Of a DNA stretch of 64,000 bases, positions 49,092-61,269 are shown one piece after another. Each line of letters begins with the position of its first letter. The first letter of the stretch is position 1. The DNA comes from Octopus vulgaris (taxonomy: Eukaryota), in assembly GCA_951406725.2 (NCBI GenBank), contig OX597836.1, positions 14,508,001 through 14,572,000 of the forward strand. Direction: 5' to 3'. The position numbers and the translations under genes are program-made. The notes below the pieces were generated by a model. The model saw nothing but the letters and a program-made list of their open reading frames with translations. It was not told the origin of the DNA and did no database searches.

Positions 49092-49207
49092 GGCGGTGCC
49101 CCAGCATGGCCTTGTTTTATTTATATTTCCTGAGCGCCATACTAATACAATTGTTTGTTTGTTTTCCACCTGCCTTCGTCTTTTGTCTATTTTCATAAAG
49201 CTTCCCG

Positions 49208-49240
<33 letters not shown>

Positions 49241-49341
49241 GGAGTAAACACATGAATGTGAAACAAGGTGGAAAAAGAGTACTCAAATACCATTGGTAGA
49301 GTAATATGCTTTATTTAAAGCAGCAGAAAATTCAACAAAAC

Positions 49342-49379
49342 CTGTTACTCTGAGTTTCCCGTTGCCGTTCATCGGACAG
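49342..49379 (-). ncRNA. Minimal hammerhead ribozyme variant (CCGAUGA core) in a Penelope-like end fragment (~49239-49400)
   Basis: Minus strand: CTGT-CCGATGA-ACG GCAA CGG-GAAA-CTCAGAG-TA-ACAG. Confidence 0.65.
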
Positions 49380-49543
49380 TTTTTGCTAGCAAAAATTAAA
49401 TTTAGTAGGAGGTGTTTTCAGTAAACACCGCACAGCCATCGATGCCGATGGAGAAAGAGGTGCCCTGTCTAATTATTACATGATGGCATCGATGTAGATG
49501 TATGTTATAGAAATGAAAACGCCATCGACGTACACGAACGCAG

Positions 49544-49578
49544 TATAAAAAGGGGTAATTTACAACTGACACGCATTC
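49544..49578 (+). promoter_or_regulatory. TATA box and initiator-like motif upstream of the viral-type PLA2 ORF
   Basis: TATAAAA at 49544, GCATTC ~30 nt downstream, ATG at 49585. Confidence 0.5.
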
Positions 49579-49584
49579 GGCTGG

Positions 49585-49737
49585 ATGCCACCGATAAGGA
49601 AACACCTCCGGCGCAAAACCAAAGACGGCGAGTTCTACCAACCAGGCTACGAATTCCTTGGACCTGGTACAAACATATGCAAACGCAGATACGACACACC
49701 ACTAAACGCTATAGACACAGCAGTGGAGGCGCAATAG
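49585..49737 (+). pseudogene. Truncated parvovirus VP1u / adintovirus-Polinton type phospholipase A2 (endogenous viral element)
   Basis: Hand translation: MPPIRKHLRRKTKDGEFYQPGYEFLGPGTNICKRRYDTPLNAIDTA|VEAQ*. PGY.FLGPG is the Ca-binding loop; P.N..D.A leads to the catalytic HD, which is lost where the SINE begins at 49723. At 50 aa it is shorter than any ORF in the track. Confidence 0.8.
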
Positions 49738-50108
49738 CCCAGTGGTTAGGGCAGCGGACTCGCGGTCATAGGATCGCGGTTTCGATTCCCAGACCGGGCG
49801 TTGTGAGTGTTTATTGAGCGAAAACACCTAAAGCTCCACGAGGCTCCGGCAGGGTGTGGTGGCGACCCCTGTAGTACTCTTTCGCCTCAACTTTCTCTCA
49901 CTCCACTCTTACTTCCTGTTTCTGTTGTACCTGTATTTCAAAGGGTCGGCCTTGTCACTCTCTGTGTCACGCTGAATATCCCCGAGAACTACGTTAAGGG
50001 TGCACGTGTCTGTGGAGTGCTCAGCCACTTACACGTTAATTTCACAAGCAGGCTTTTCCGTTGATTCGGATCAACCGGAACCCTCATCGTCGTAACCGAC
50101 GGAGTGCT
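49723..50108 (+). mobile_element. SINE family C, full length
   Basis: tRNA-like head plus the tail shared with the 7606 copy. Confidence 0.85.
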
Positions 50109-50136
50109 TCCATCCATTCTTTTCTATTCTAAACCA

Positions 50137-50263
50137 TCGCTCGTTTTCACCAAAACAAGCGCTGGCAAACAAATCACTGCCCTAACCCCTTATAGGCGCC
50201 TTATAGGGGGGGGGTTAGGGCAGTGATTTGTTTGCCAGCGCTTGTTTTGGTGAAAACGAGCGA
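50137..50263. repeat. Perfect hairpin, 53-bp arms (50137-50189 / 50211-50263), structured 21-nt loop
   Basis: Arms are exact reverse complements; the apex has CCTTATAGG twice around GGCGCC. Confidence 0.95.
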
Positions 50264-50879
50264 GTAACAGGTTTTGTTGAATTTTCTGCTGCTTTAAATA
50301 AAGCATATATATATATATATAGTATATAAAGTATATATATATATATATATATATATATACTTAAGTGTACATATATAATTTTACGTATATATGTATATAT
50401 ACATATATATGCATATATATATGTACATGAAGTTGTGTGTACGTGTGTTTGTGCGTGTGTGTGTATGTATGTCTGTGTGTACATGGTTGTTTGTGTGTAT
50501 GTTTGTGTGTGCGTGTATGTATATGTGTATGTGTGTGTGTGAAGTACCACTCATTTGTCATTTCTTTGTCTTAGTCATTAACCAAAGATTAATTAACCTT
50601 TTTCCCTTTACTTCAGACGAAATGCTTCAATGACATCTGGCTTATGTTTATGTCATTAAATGCCTCTCTCTAATAAGCTAACCGTTAATTACAATGATTC
50701 CTAACAAAAACATAAAAGCCACAAATTTTTGGGTGATGGTCATAGTTGTGTAGATTCGATTATAGTCGATATCAACAATCGACAAGAACTTAATATTTTA
50801 TCGATCCTGGAAGTTACAAAAGGCTAAAATTGACCACAGTTAAATTTGAACTCAGAACGTAACGGGATGCAAGTGTTTC

Positions 50880-51332
50880 TTATATACCATGAAAAAACCT
50901 TGTTTCATGTCATGCGAGATACCCCACAAACAAAATGAAAGAGAAAAAAGCTTCAAAAGATCAACCGATTCCTTATATGACTTCCCACACTGAAATTGGC
51001 TACGCCCCATTTTCAACCATAACTTTTAATTTTGATGCATTTTGTTCAAACTTCATGCCAGCATTACTTAGGACTCAAGGGATCGTTGAATGCTGTAAGT
51101 TCCCCCAAAACGAAAAAAAAAAGTAGATGAGTGGAAAAAAAAACGATAAACCGATTCCTTATGGGATTTCCCAATAAAATTGTCTGCAACTCATTTTCAG
51201 CCAAAAGTTTACCAATTTCAACGGACTTCGCTCATACTTGACGTTGATGTTACTTAGTTTGGTTTGAAATAAATAGCTTGATTAGCTTAATAATCCTAAC
51301 TTAATCCCGAGCAAAGCCGGGCTATACTGATA

Positions 51333-51333
<1 letters not shown>
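50880..51333 (+). mobile_element. Helitron-like non-autonomous remnant
   Basis: 3' hairpin CCCGAGCAAAGCCGGG followed by CTATACTGATAGT (degenerate CTAG-T); internal duplication of CCGATTCCTTAT. Confidence 0.5.
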
Positions 51334-51390
<57 letters not shown>

Positions 51391-51469
51391 TATAGATAGA
51401 TAGATACATACATACATACACACATACATATATACACACACATACATACATACATATTTGGGATAGAGA

Positions 51470-51779
51470 AGAGAAACTGTATACAGCTGTGGACATTTGG
51501 TGCCCGACTGATGTTAACCTGAAGCTGAAGATAGGTGAAAAAGTGAATACCTATGCAGAGCTACTTAGAAATCTGCAGTTACTCGATCCAGACTACAAGT
51601 TCAGGTTTATACCTGTAATTACTGGGGCCCTGGGATATGTAGGACACTGCCTAAATACAAATCTTGAGAAATTAGGCTTCTCAAAGCCAGAAAGAAGAAA
51701 TCTAATTCGAAGACTACGGATCCAATCCATCACTGTAACTGTAAAAATCTGTAAAACTTTCCAGAAGTTTATCATTTAA
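51470..51779 (+). pseudogene. 3' end of an R4/Dong-type LINE ORF (restriction-like endonuclease C-terminus)
   Basis: DIWCPTDVNLKLKIGEKVNTYAELLRNLQLL..YKFRFIPVITGALG resembles the RLE C-terminus (D..P.D.N...K..EK...Y..L ... PV..GALG). Confidence 0.75.
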
Positions 51780-52903
51780 AATATATATGAACATGTCGTT
51801 ATATGCAACTATATATATATATGAGAATATACAAAATAAGAAAATGGAGAAATACATCTAAATCATTTATCAACTACCAGATAATACCCAATCACATACT
51901 TTATTAAACCACTACATAAAAATATATAACAAAACAGCGTACATGAATGAGTAATACAATACAATAAGTATAATCATTATAAGAGGATATAAATAAATAA
52001 ATATAAATAGATATAAATATAAATATACATTTATAAAACATTCAAATCTGCATATACACATACATGCAAACAAAAATACCCTGTTGTCGATGTGGAAATT
52101 GCAATGAAGGAGCCTTGGATCTGGGTTGGAAACCGAATATTTCTCTATTGGTAAGAAATTTTGAGATAAAACTGAATAATGATACACATACTTATAACAG
52201 TATATGGATACAGAATTACCTGACAGAAACAAAGTAGGTGTTTTTACATGCTTATATCTCTACTTACACACACAAAACACACAGACAAACATGCATACAC
52301 TCATACACATGCATATATGCATATGTGTATATAAGTTACACACACACACACAGCTGCTTGAGGTTACAATTTTGACGTAAGTTGACACAACCTGTCTCAA
52401 CTTCTGTCGACCGTACGTTGGTATTTATATTTTCTTAGCGACTTCCATAAACTCTGAGTACATTTCGTCGGGGTTAGTGGTAGCACAGGCGATGGTAGAG
52501 GTGGTGTCGGTTGTTGTGATAGAAGTTGTTATTGTAATTGTGGCGGTGGTAGTGGTGGTCGTGGTCATCGTTGTCGTTGTCGTCGTCATTCAGGCGGTTG
52601 TGGTGAAGGTGGTGGTAGTGGTTTCCTATTGGAATGTTTTTTGAGTTTTTTTTTTTTCCAAATCGCACTTATTTTACGCGAGGAAAATTTGACTGCTATT
52701 TCTTGCATTGAGGAACCTCCACCCGTTAAATATCTGATAACGTATACTGCACTGCCTTGTTCCATACAATTGACTGACAAAATGCTTGAAGGATACATAC
52801 AGCTGTGCAATATTGAACCCATATTTATTTTATACAATCTGAGAACCAGTAGATAGTTCAGTTGTCAGAAAGTGTGTATGTATGCGTGTGCATGTGTGTG
52901 TAG

Positions 52904-52964
<61 letters not shown>

Positions 52965-53076
52965 AATATATTGGTAAAAACGGCAAGATAACAAAAGAAA
53001 GAAAGAGACCTGAATATTATGTAAATAGAGGAATTTATCTGTAAATGTAATATGTGACAATTATTCGGTAGCCAAG

Positions 53077-53135
53077 ATAAAACTCTGAGTTTCGGATGCA
53101 GAGGTGGAAATCCACGCCGCCATCTCTTCGGTTAT
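53077..53135 (-). ncRNA. Hammerhead variant (CCGAAGA core, CTCAGAG stem III)
   Basis: Minus strand: ATAA-CCGAAGA-GATG[...]CATC-C-GAAA-CTCAGAG-TT-TTAT. Confidence 0.55.
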
Positions 53136-53763
53136 GCGGCCATCGGAAAAAACGCTAAGTTAAGAGAAAGTCAAGTAAAAATAATCTTATTTCGGGGTTT
53201 AGTACCACAGCTTCTCCTGCAGCAACCACCACCAAGAACAACAGCAACCACAACGACAACAATAATAAAGAAGAGAATAATGGTGATGATGATAATTGAA
53301 ATGTAAAAATCCCTGGGGAAATGTTGCTTACATCATTTCTAAAAATAGTTCAACGATTTCTGATTTGGCCAGGGTCAAAATACAGATCTCTTGAAATGTT
53401 CACCAAACCATGACGCCAAAACAAAGCACCAATCAACTTAAGTAATTTAGTAAAATCACACACTGATTGGTCAGAATACAGTTAGCAAAAATTAACATTT
53501 TGGAGCCTATACAAATGTATTTAAGGGACACAGTTTAGCCATCTCACTACAGTTGTAAATTGTAAAACATAACTGTCACCACGGCTATATAAACCTGAAG
53601 ATTGCATAGTTTAATGCATGAAAGTACTAGTTCAATCAGAACGGACATTTAACATTCTATCGTTTCATTATATTATATTATATTATATTATATTATATTA
53701 TATTATATTATATTATATTATATTATTATAAGATTGTAAATAAAACGTGAAAATCTTTGAGTG

Positions 53764-53802
<39 letters not shown>

Positions 53803-53991
53803 TATATTCGTAGATAGACATATGTTCATATATGTGTTTGTATGTGTAAGAAAAAATTGATATTACGAAGTCATAATAAAATTTCAATAGTCCCTTCACT
53901 TTCAATTTTATACATACATAAAAAACATACTCTTACACAGAGGTGGGTGCGTGTGTGTGTATATGTGTGTGTGTGTGTATACATATGTACG

Positions 53992-54027
<36 letters not shown>

Positions 54028-54377
54028 TGCATTTATATATTCTTTTATTCTTTTACTTGTTTCAGTCATTTGACTGCGGCCTTGCTGGAGCACCGCCTTT
54101 AGTCGAGCAAATCGCCCCCAGGACTTATTCTTTGCAAGCCTAGTACTTATTCTATTGGTTCTCTTTTGCCGAACCGCTAAGTTACGAGGACATAGACACA
54201 CCAACATCAGCTGTCAAGCGACACACACACGCACACACACACACACACACACACATAAATACCCTGTCATGGGTTTGGCAAAGTATCTTCGTAACGAAAA
54301 GACACATCTTCCTCATACAAGATCTGTAAGTCAACGATACAGCCTTGTCACACATATGCGCGGACGCACAAGCACAC

Positions 54378-54443
<66 letters not shown>

Positions 54444-54890
54444 ACAAGCACACCCTTTGTCACGCAGCTTTTCCCTAAGTATTTACTGCGGAATACTCAA
54501 CCACACACACACCATAATGCAAATAGATATTTATTTGCCTTATGAATCGAACTCAGATACTCATCGCAGATACTGACGGAGGACACATTTTCTTTAAACG
54601 TCAGCTGAACAAACAATATTCTATTGTTGTTTTTTACATTTTTTTCGTTTTGTTTTACATAAATATGTCGCAATTTGTTTTTGCTTTATTTGTTGTTGTT
54701 TTTTTCTCTAACATTCTGTCACATTTTACACCTCCAATTACCAAACAGCTACCTTCGGCACCACTAACTCTAACACGGTTGTGCACGTCTACCACCACCA
54801 CCACCACTATCACCACCACCAACACCTTCACTACCACTACCACTAATACAACTCTCTAATAATCTCGAGCATCACCGACACCACCACAAC

Positions 54891-55260
54891 TATTGGGTTG
54901 CCCGGAAAGTTCGTGCCGATTTTTAAGCTTTTTCCAGTCAATTGTAAGGTCAGTAAGTACTTGCCATTACATTTTTAATCAACCAAATATGAATCACTTT
55001 GTTGCACAATGCGTCTCCATCTTTCGCTTCATTTGAAAATACCCTCTTCCCAGAATTGAAGTGGGTTTCATGACAAAGAATTCATCAAGGTATCTTTTAA
55101 CGTCATCCAAGGAATTGAAATTTTTACCGTTAAGACTGAATAAGTGGAAATCCGAAGGAGCAATATCTGGTTGATATGGAGGGTGGGGTAACACATCCCA
55201 GCCGAGCTGCAGCAATTTTTGTCTGGTTCCCAAAGCATCAAGTGCCGAAAATGAACTTTC
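54891..55260 (-). mobile_element. Mariner 3' fragment with one TIR
   Basis: LGWDVLPHPPYQPDIAPSDFHLF (YSPDLAP.D motif); TIR TATTGGGTTGCCCGGAAAGTTCGTGCCGATTTT. Confidence 0.9.
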
Positions 55261-55669
55261 TTATCTTCCAGTTTAAAGGGTTACAGAATTAACACAGGTT
55301 ATAGGAACATAAACCTTCTTCCACGAAAAGATTGCTTAAACTGTGCTCTAAATGGAGGTGTAGTCAAATCCTGTTTTATGTACTCAACCATGTTCTAAGA
55401 TAAGTCGAAAGGTGAGCTACTATAAATCGGCACTATAAGTAACAACAAGAACGATATTATTAGTAACAGCAGTAGCAACAACAACAACAACGGCAAGAGC
55501 AACACGTGTATTTCTCGCACCCGCAAAGAAAGGAAAATACAATATATGTATGTATGTTTGTGTATATGTATGTATGTATGTATGTATGCATGTATGTATG
55601 TATGTATGTATGTATGTATGTATGTATGTATGTATGTATGTTTGTATGTATGTATGTATGTATGTATGT

Positions 55670-55720
<51 letters not shown>

Positions 55721-55941
55721 TATGTCCGAAGTCAGGACGCCATGATAGATCGTTAGCTCCTACACGCATTTTTTTCTCTCCTTGTTTCTCTCCTTGTTTT
55801 TTTCTGTGTATACTTCTGTCGAAGACCGTAGGCTCGAAATGTAAAAGACTTTTTCTATTTCTATTCCTGAGCACTATACTAATACATTTGTTTGTTTGTA
55901 CTCCACCTTTCATCTTTTGTTTATTTTCGTAAACCTTCCCG

Positions 55942-55991
<50 letters not shown>

Positions 55992-55993
<2 letters not shown>

Positions 55994-56340
55994 TCTTTTA
56001 CTTGTTTCAGTCATTTGACTGGAGCCATGCTGGAGCACCGCCTTTAGTCGAGCAAATCGACCCCAGGACTTACTCTTTGTAAGCCTAGTACTTATTCTAT
56101 CGGTCTCTTTTGCCGAACCGCTAAGTTACGGGGACGTAAACACACCAGCATCGGTTGTCAAGCGATGTTGGGGGGACAAACACAGACACACAAACACACG
56201 CACACATATATATACGACGGGCTTCTTTCAGTTTCCGTCTACCAAATCTACTCACAAGGTTTTGGTCGGGCTGGGGCTATAGTAGAAGATACGTGCCCAA
56301 GGTGTCACGTAGTGGGACTGAACCCGGAACCATGTGGTTC
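55992..56340 (-). mobile_element. SINE family A, 5'-truncated
   Basis: Reverse complement of the family A body and tail. Confidence 0.85.
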
Positions 56341-56392
56341 GTACGGTCAGAATTACTGCTTTCCACTTACCTCCATTTTGCTCTCTATAACA

Positions 56393-56443
<51 letters not shown>

Positions 56444-56521
56444 ACTCTTTCATCGTAGAAACTAGAATAAACAAACGCTCTCTCTCCAGCTCCAAAAAAT
56501 ATAATAATAATAATAATAATG

Positions 56522-56573
<52 letters not shown>

Positions 56574-57243
56574 TAATAATAATAATGATAATTGAGTACA
56601 ATGTATACTATGAGTTTCTTTGCCCTAGGAGTCGGGAAGACACTCGGCAAGAAATGGAAGCAAATTTGAAAGAAGAAAAAAAAAAGTAATAATAATAATA
56701 ATGATAATAATAATGATAATAATTATAATAATAATAATAATTGGAAGTGTTATCATGTACATTGTTTTGTCTTGGTATAAAAGATGGCCTACAGCAAATA
56801 TTCTGCTCAATACCACAGATTTGCTTGTCAGTTGTTTGACCGTAACCAGTTGAGCATGTCCCTTAGTGGCTGACGATATGTGCATCTCTGATCACGAGCA
56901 GAAGTAGTGGGGGAGCATCATAGCCATGTGTTGAGAGGGATTCTTTGGGGTTTGAATAATTCACCTCTGGAAACATGGGTGGTTCTTTCAACATCCTTAA
57001 ACAACCCTTATTCAGGGACCGTTTGAGCGGGATGGGCTACTCAACCTGAAGAAAATTCTAACTGGGCCCCACCTGCAAGGTCATGTGCTGTTTATCTTGA
57101 TATGAGATCACCATGTCGCGCACATATGGTTGTGATGCATGTGCCTGGTGTACCCTTATCAGACGGGTAGTCATGATGGGTATATTGGGCTTCGTATATT
57201 TTACCCCAGTGTCACTTTGATGGCATGAACTGCTCTCTCACTC

Positions 57244-57343
<100 letters not shown>

Positions 57344-57894
57344 GAAACCCCTAATCAAAAATAATAAAAAGAAAATCTAATAAACCCCCAACTGATGTGG
57401 GGTAGGGGGTAGGGTGCACCCTACCCCTACCCACGCCTGCTCTCCCCCTCCTTCCACAGGCTACAGTCACTGATTTGTTCTTTCCTGTCCAAATCACGTT
57501 TCTCAAATAACAGACACCGTTTGGGGATGCTTGCACCTTAGCTGCTTCACCACCCTCACAGCTGCCGCCCCCGCCAAGAACACCAACACCAACACCAAGA
57601 CTAACCACCAGTACCACGGCCGTCGCCGGCACCATTACCACCACCGCAGTATCCACCGCTACCATTGCTATCATAGCTATCAGCACCACTCTTACCACCA
57701 CTCCCACCAACGCCGCCGCCTCGCTGCAACTGATACCACAACCACGAAAACTACAACACCAATATCAATACCACAGCCGTCGCCACCACTTCCACTACCG
57801 CCGTTGCCAACACTACCACTGCCGCCGGTTGGTCTGTCTGAGCTCATGTTGTCCCAGCTGTGTCAATTTTTTTAAGACGCTAGGATGCACTTTC

Positions 57895-58290
57895 GTTTCT
57901 ACTCTAGGCACAAGGCCCTAAATTTTGGGAGAAGGGGCCAGTCGATTAGATCGAATCCTGTACAAAACTGGTACTCTATTTATCGACCCCGAAAAGATGA
58001 AAGGCAAAGTCGACCTCGGCAGAATTTGAACCCAGAACGTAAAGACAGACGAAATATATATTTCTTTACTACCCACAAGGGGCTAAACACAGAGAGGACA
58101 AACAAGGACAGACAAACGGATTAAGTCGATTACATTGATCCCAGTGCGTAACTGGTACTTATTTAATCGATCCCGAAAGGATGAAAGGTAAAGTCGACCT
58201 CAGCGGAATTTGAACTCAGAACGTAACGGCAGACGAAATACCGCTAAGCATTTCGCCCGGCGTGCTAACGTTTCTGCCAGCTCGCCGCCT
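57895..58290 (-). mobile_element. SINE family B with internal duplication
   Basis: Two GTCGACCTC.GC.GAATTTGAAC blocks; ends CTGCCAGCTCGCCGCCT. Confidence 0.85.
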
Positions 58291-58490
58291 TTCGATGTCA
58301 TGACGATATAGACAAACAGACAGACAGACAAATACATAGGTAGGTAGGTACATAAGTAGGTAGGTGAGTCTATCAATACAGATATGTATATATGCAAATA
58401 GTAGGACAATTAAAAGTGTAGTATGTTTACATATGTTTTTTTTTTATTTCTTTAAATTACCTCACTTAACGCATGCGTCTTTTGCGCAAT

Positions 58491-58555
<65 letters not shown>

Positions 58556-58999
58556 CGAGAGAGAGAGAGAGAGTGTGTGTGTGTGTGTGTGTGTATTGAC
58601 TGAAAGGAACGCAAGAGCAGAAAGCAGTTACAGGATTTTAAACGTCGTAAAATAGAATACTGTGACAGACAATACAAATAAAAGTTTATTGTCGAAGGTT
58701 TTAACGTTCAACTGTTTCCATATTTTCAATCTGCCGATGTATCTATGTGGGTTGATTGATTCACTGATAGATAGAAGATGGATAGACAGATGGCTATATT
58801 AAGCGACACATACTTAAGTACAATCAAAGTAAAATAACCTTAGCGAAAAAAAACTGGGTATGTTATTTTTACCTTTTTATGTGCAGCAGCCCAAAAGATG
58901 AGCCGATGCTGGAGCACCGCAATTAGCTAAGGTTTTGCTGGGTTTAAAAAAAAAAATTATTTGGTTTAACTGCTTATCCATATTGTTAGAGTTGACAGA

Positions 59000-59433
59000 G
59001 GATCTTTTCGGTTTGAACGGCAGTTTTTTCTAGCGGTGTCATATGAAACTGTCACCCATAATTATTACCCTAGTATCGATCTATTGCATTTCAATCTGTT
59101 TTAGGGTTAGGGTTAGTTAGGGTTAGGGTTAGGGGTATGGGGAAGGTTATCTTTTTTTCTTCAGAAATGTAAATAAACCCAATCTGTTTCTTAAACGAGG
59201 GACATATTCATACGACACAGAATGTTTTCACCTCAATAGACGTCTTTGATCGGTTGAAATTGCAGAAATGAAAGAAAAAGAACAACAAATATCTTACAAA
59301 CTATAGAATTTTCTCAATAAAGCCAAGAGAAAAAGATGTTTTATAAACACATTCTACCAGTATACGAAGTTTAAAAGTGTTTAGTTACGTGGAAATTATT
59401 TTTAAAAAACTGCCGTTCAAACCGAAAAGATCC
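59000..59433. mobile_element. Intact 434-bp MITE: 30-bp TIRs, 8-bp TSD, internal TTAGGG repeats
   Basis: TIR GGATCTTTTCGGTTTGAACGGCAGTTTTTT is perfect at both ends; TTGACAGA duplicated at 58992-58999 and 59434-59441. Confidence 0.93.
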
Positions 59434-59549
59434 TTGACAGATACATACATCGACAAAAATAAAAGTAGAATATGATATAAATAAAAGAAATAAATGCGAC
59501 CTTTTAAAGCTTAACTAGGCTCCTGGGCCCGGTTTCCCGGTTTCAATGG

Positions 59550-60655
59550 CGTATATGCTTGGGGAGGCATGAGTTAAATAATTGGTATTGTTTAGAATCT
59601 GCGGGTTTATAAAAGATGTCTGTTTCGATGTGGTTGTTAACTATTTTAATTAGGATGTCAAGAAAAGGGAGTTGTTTACTGTTGTGTTCCATGGTGAATT
59701 GTATGTTGTTATTAATGTTGTTAAGCATTATTTTGAAATCGAGGAGTTTGTCCATGCTGTCTTTCCAAAGTATGAAGCAATCATCTAAATACCTCTTCCA
59801 GTTCTCCTTTAAATAGCAATGAAATGAGGCGCCATATTTTTCTAGTGATGATTGGTATAACTTAAGTTCTAGGTAACCCATCGGAACAGAGACCTGGGAG
59901 ACACTTGCTGCCAACCGCTCATCCTGGCGCAGCGCAATCACCGTGGGAGCAGGGACAGCCGAGGAGGGACGGATTCGGTCAGCGGAGCAGAAACGTCAGA
60001 TGCGTAAAGCCAGAGCCGCCTGCACCAGTAGCACGGCCCCTACCCACTTCTGCCCCACCTGTGGGGGGGGGCTTCCTTGCCCGGATTGGCCTCACCAGCC
60101 ACCTCCGGTCTCATGGCGCCAGTTCCATCAGATGATGTCAGTTGGTCATCTTCGAACCGAAGGACGAACATTCACAAGGTAACCCATTACAAGGTTTGCA
60201 ATCACTGGGTCTGCTTGAGTTTCCATTGCAATTCCACATGTTTGTCGATAGTAAACTGTATCGAACATGAAATAGTTGTTCAGCAGGATGAATTTGAGTG
60301 CTGCGATTTTGAATCTGTGGTTAATGCATCCTGGGATCTCTTCTGGGTATTTTTCTAGCCAGAAAGTGATTGCTTCTATACCATAGTTGTGTGGGATATC
60401 GGTGTACAAATCCACTACATCGAATGATACTAACAGGGTTCCTTTCTTTACTGTCTTCGGGAGGTGATACAACATGTCTAGGTCATCCCTGATAAAGTTT
60501 TTCCCATATTTTAAAAACGGTTTAAGTAAGATGTCGAGGAAGTTGCTCAAACGGTGGGTTTCACAAGAAGGGCCAGCTATGATGGGTCTCAGTTTGAGGT
60601 CAGTAGGGGAGGGACATTAATGCATAGGCTTGGAGAAACTTTGCAGGCTTTTACA
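59550..60655 (-). pseudogene. Penelope-like element reverse transcriptase fragment, split by an insertion
   Basis: RPIIAG...LVSFDVVDLYTDIP...YRQTCGIAM...IANLVMGYL | MGYLE...WKRYLDDCF...IQFTME...LPFLDI...DIFYKP: PLE RT motifs. Confidence 0.9.
59882..60176 (+). mobile_element. 5'-truncated RTE-clade LINE with 11-bp TSD
   Basis: WETLAANRSSWR...FCPTCG..FLARIGLTSHLRSH (RTE C-terminal zinc finger, frameshifted at a G run); AGGTAACCCAT duplicated at 59871-59881 and 60177-60187. Confidence 0.9.
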
Positions 60656-60656
60656 A

Positions 60657-60764
<108 letters not shown>

Positions 60765-61228
60765 GTATATATATATATATAATGATTATTGTTTGATTAT
60801 ACTGCGCCTCCAAACCCCGTCAACCTTCAGTGCTGTCGAGGATAACCTAGAACAAGGATCTTTATTGGGAGAACAATAAGGACCTTGAATAAGAACCAGT
60901 GATAGATCCACCCTATTTAACTACCTTCCCAGTAATTCTTTACCCGCAATTTTTTTTCATAACTGCTCTCTAAAGAATTAGCGAGTAGGATGCGATAACC
61001 TGTTACCTTTTAATCTTTTAATCTTTTACTGATTGCGGCCATGCTGGGGCACCGCCTTGAAGAATTAATTTTAGCCGAACGAATCGACCCCAGTAATCAT
61101 TTTTGTAAGTATAGTATTTATTCTATGAATCAATCATTCTCTTTTGCTGAACCACTCAGTTACAAGAACGTAAATACACCATCACCAGTTGTCAAGTGGT
61201 GGTGGTGGGGGGAGAAACACAGACACAG

Positions 61229-61269
<41 letters not shown>

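Noticed and set aside
59101-59135. Telomere or chromosome-fusion signature
   Set aside because: Only a few TTAGGG units, and they lie inside a MITE.
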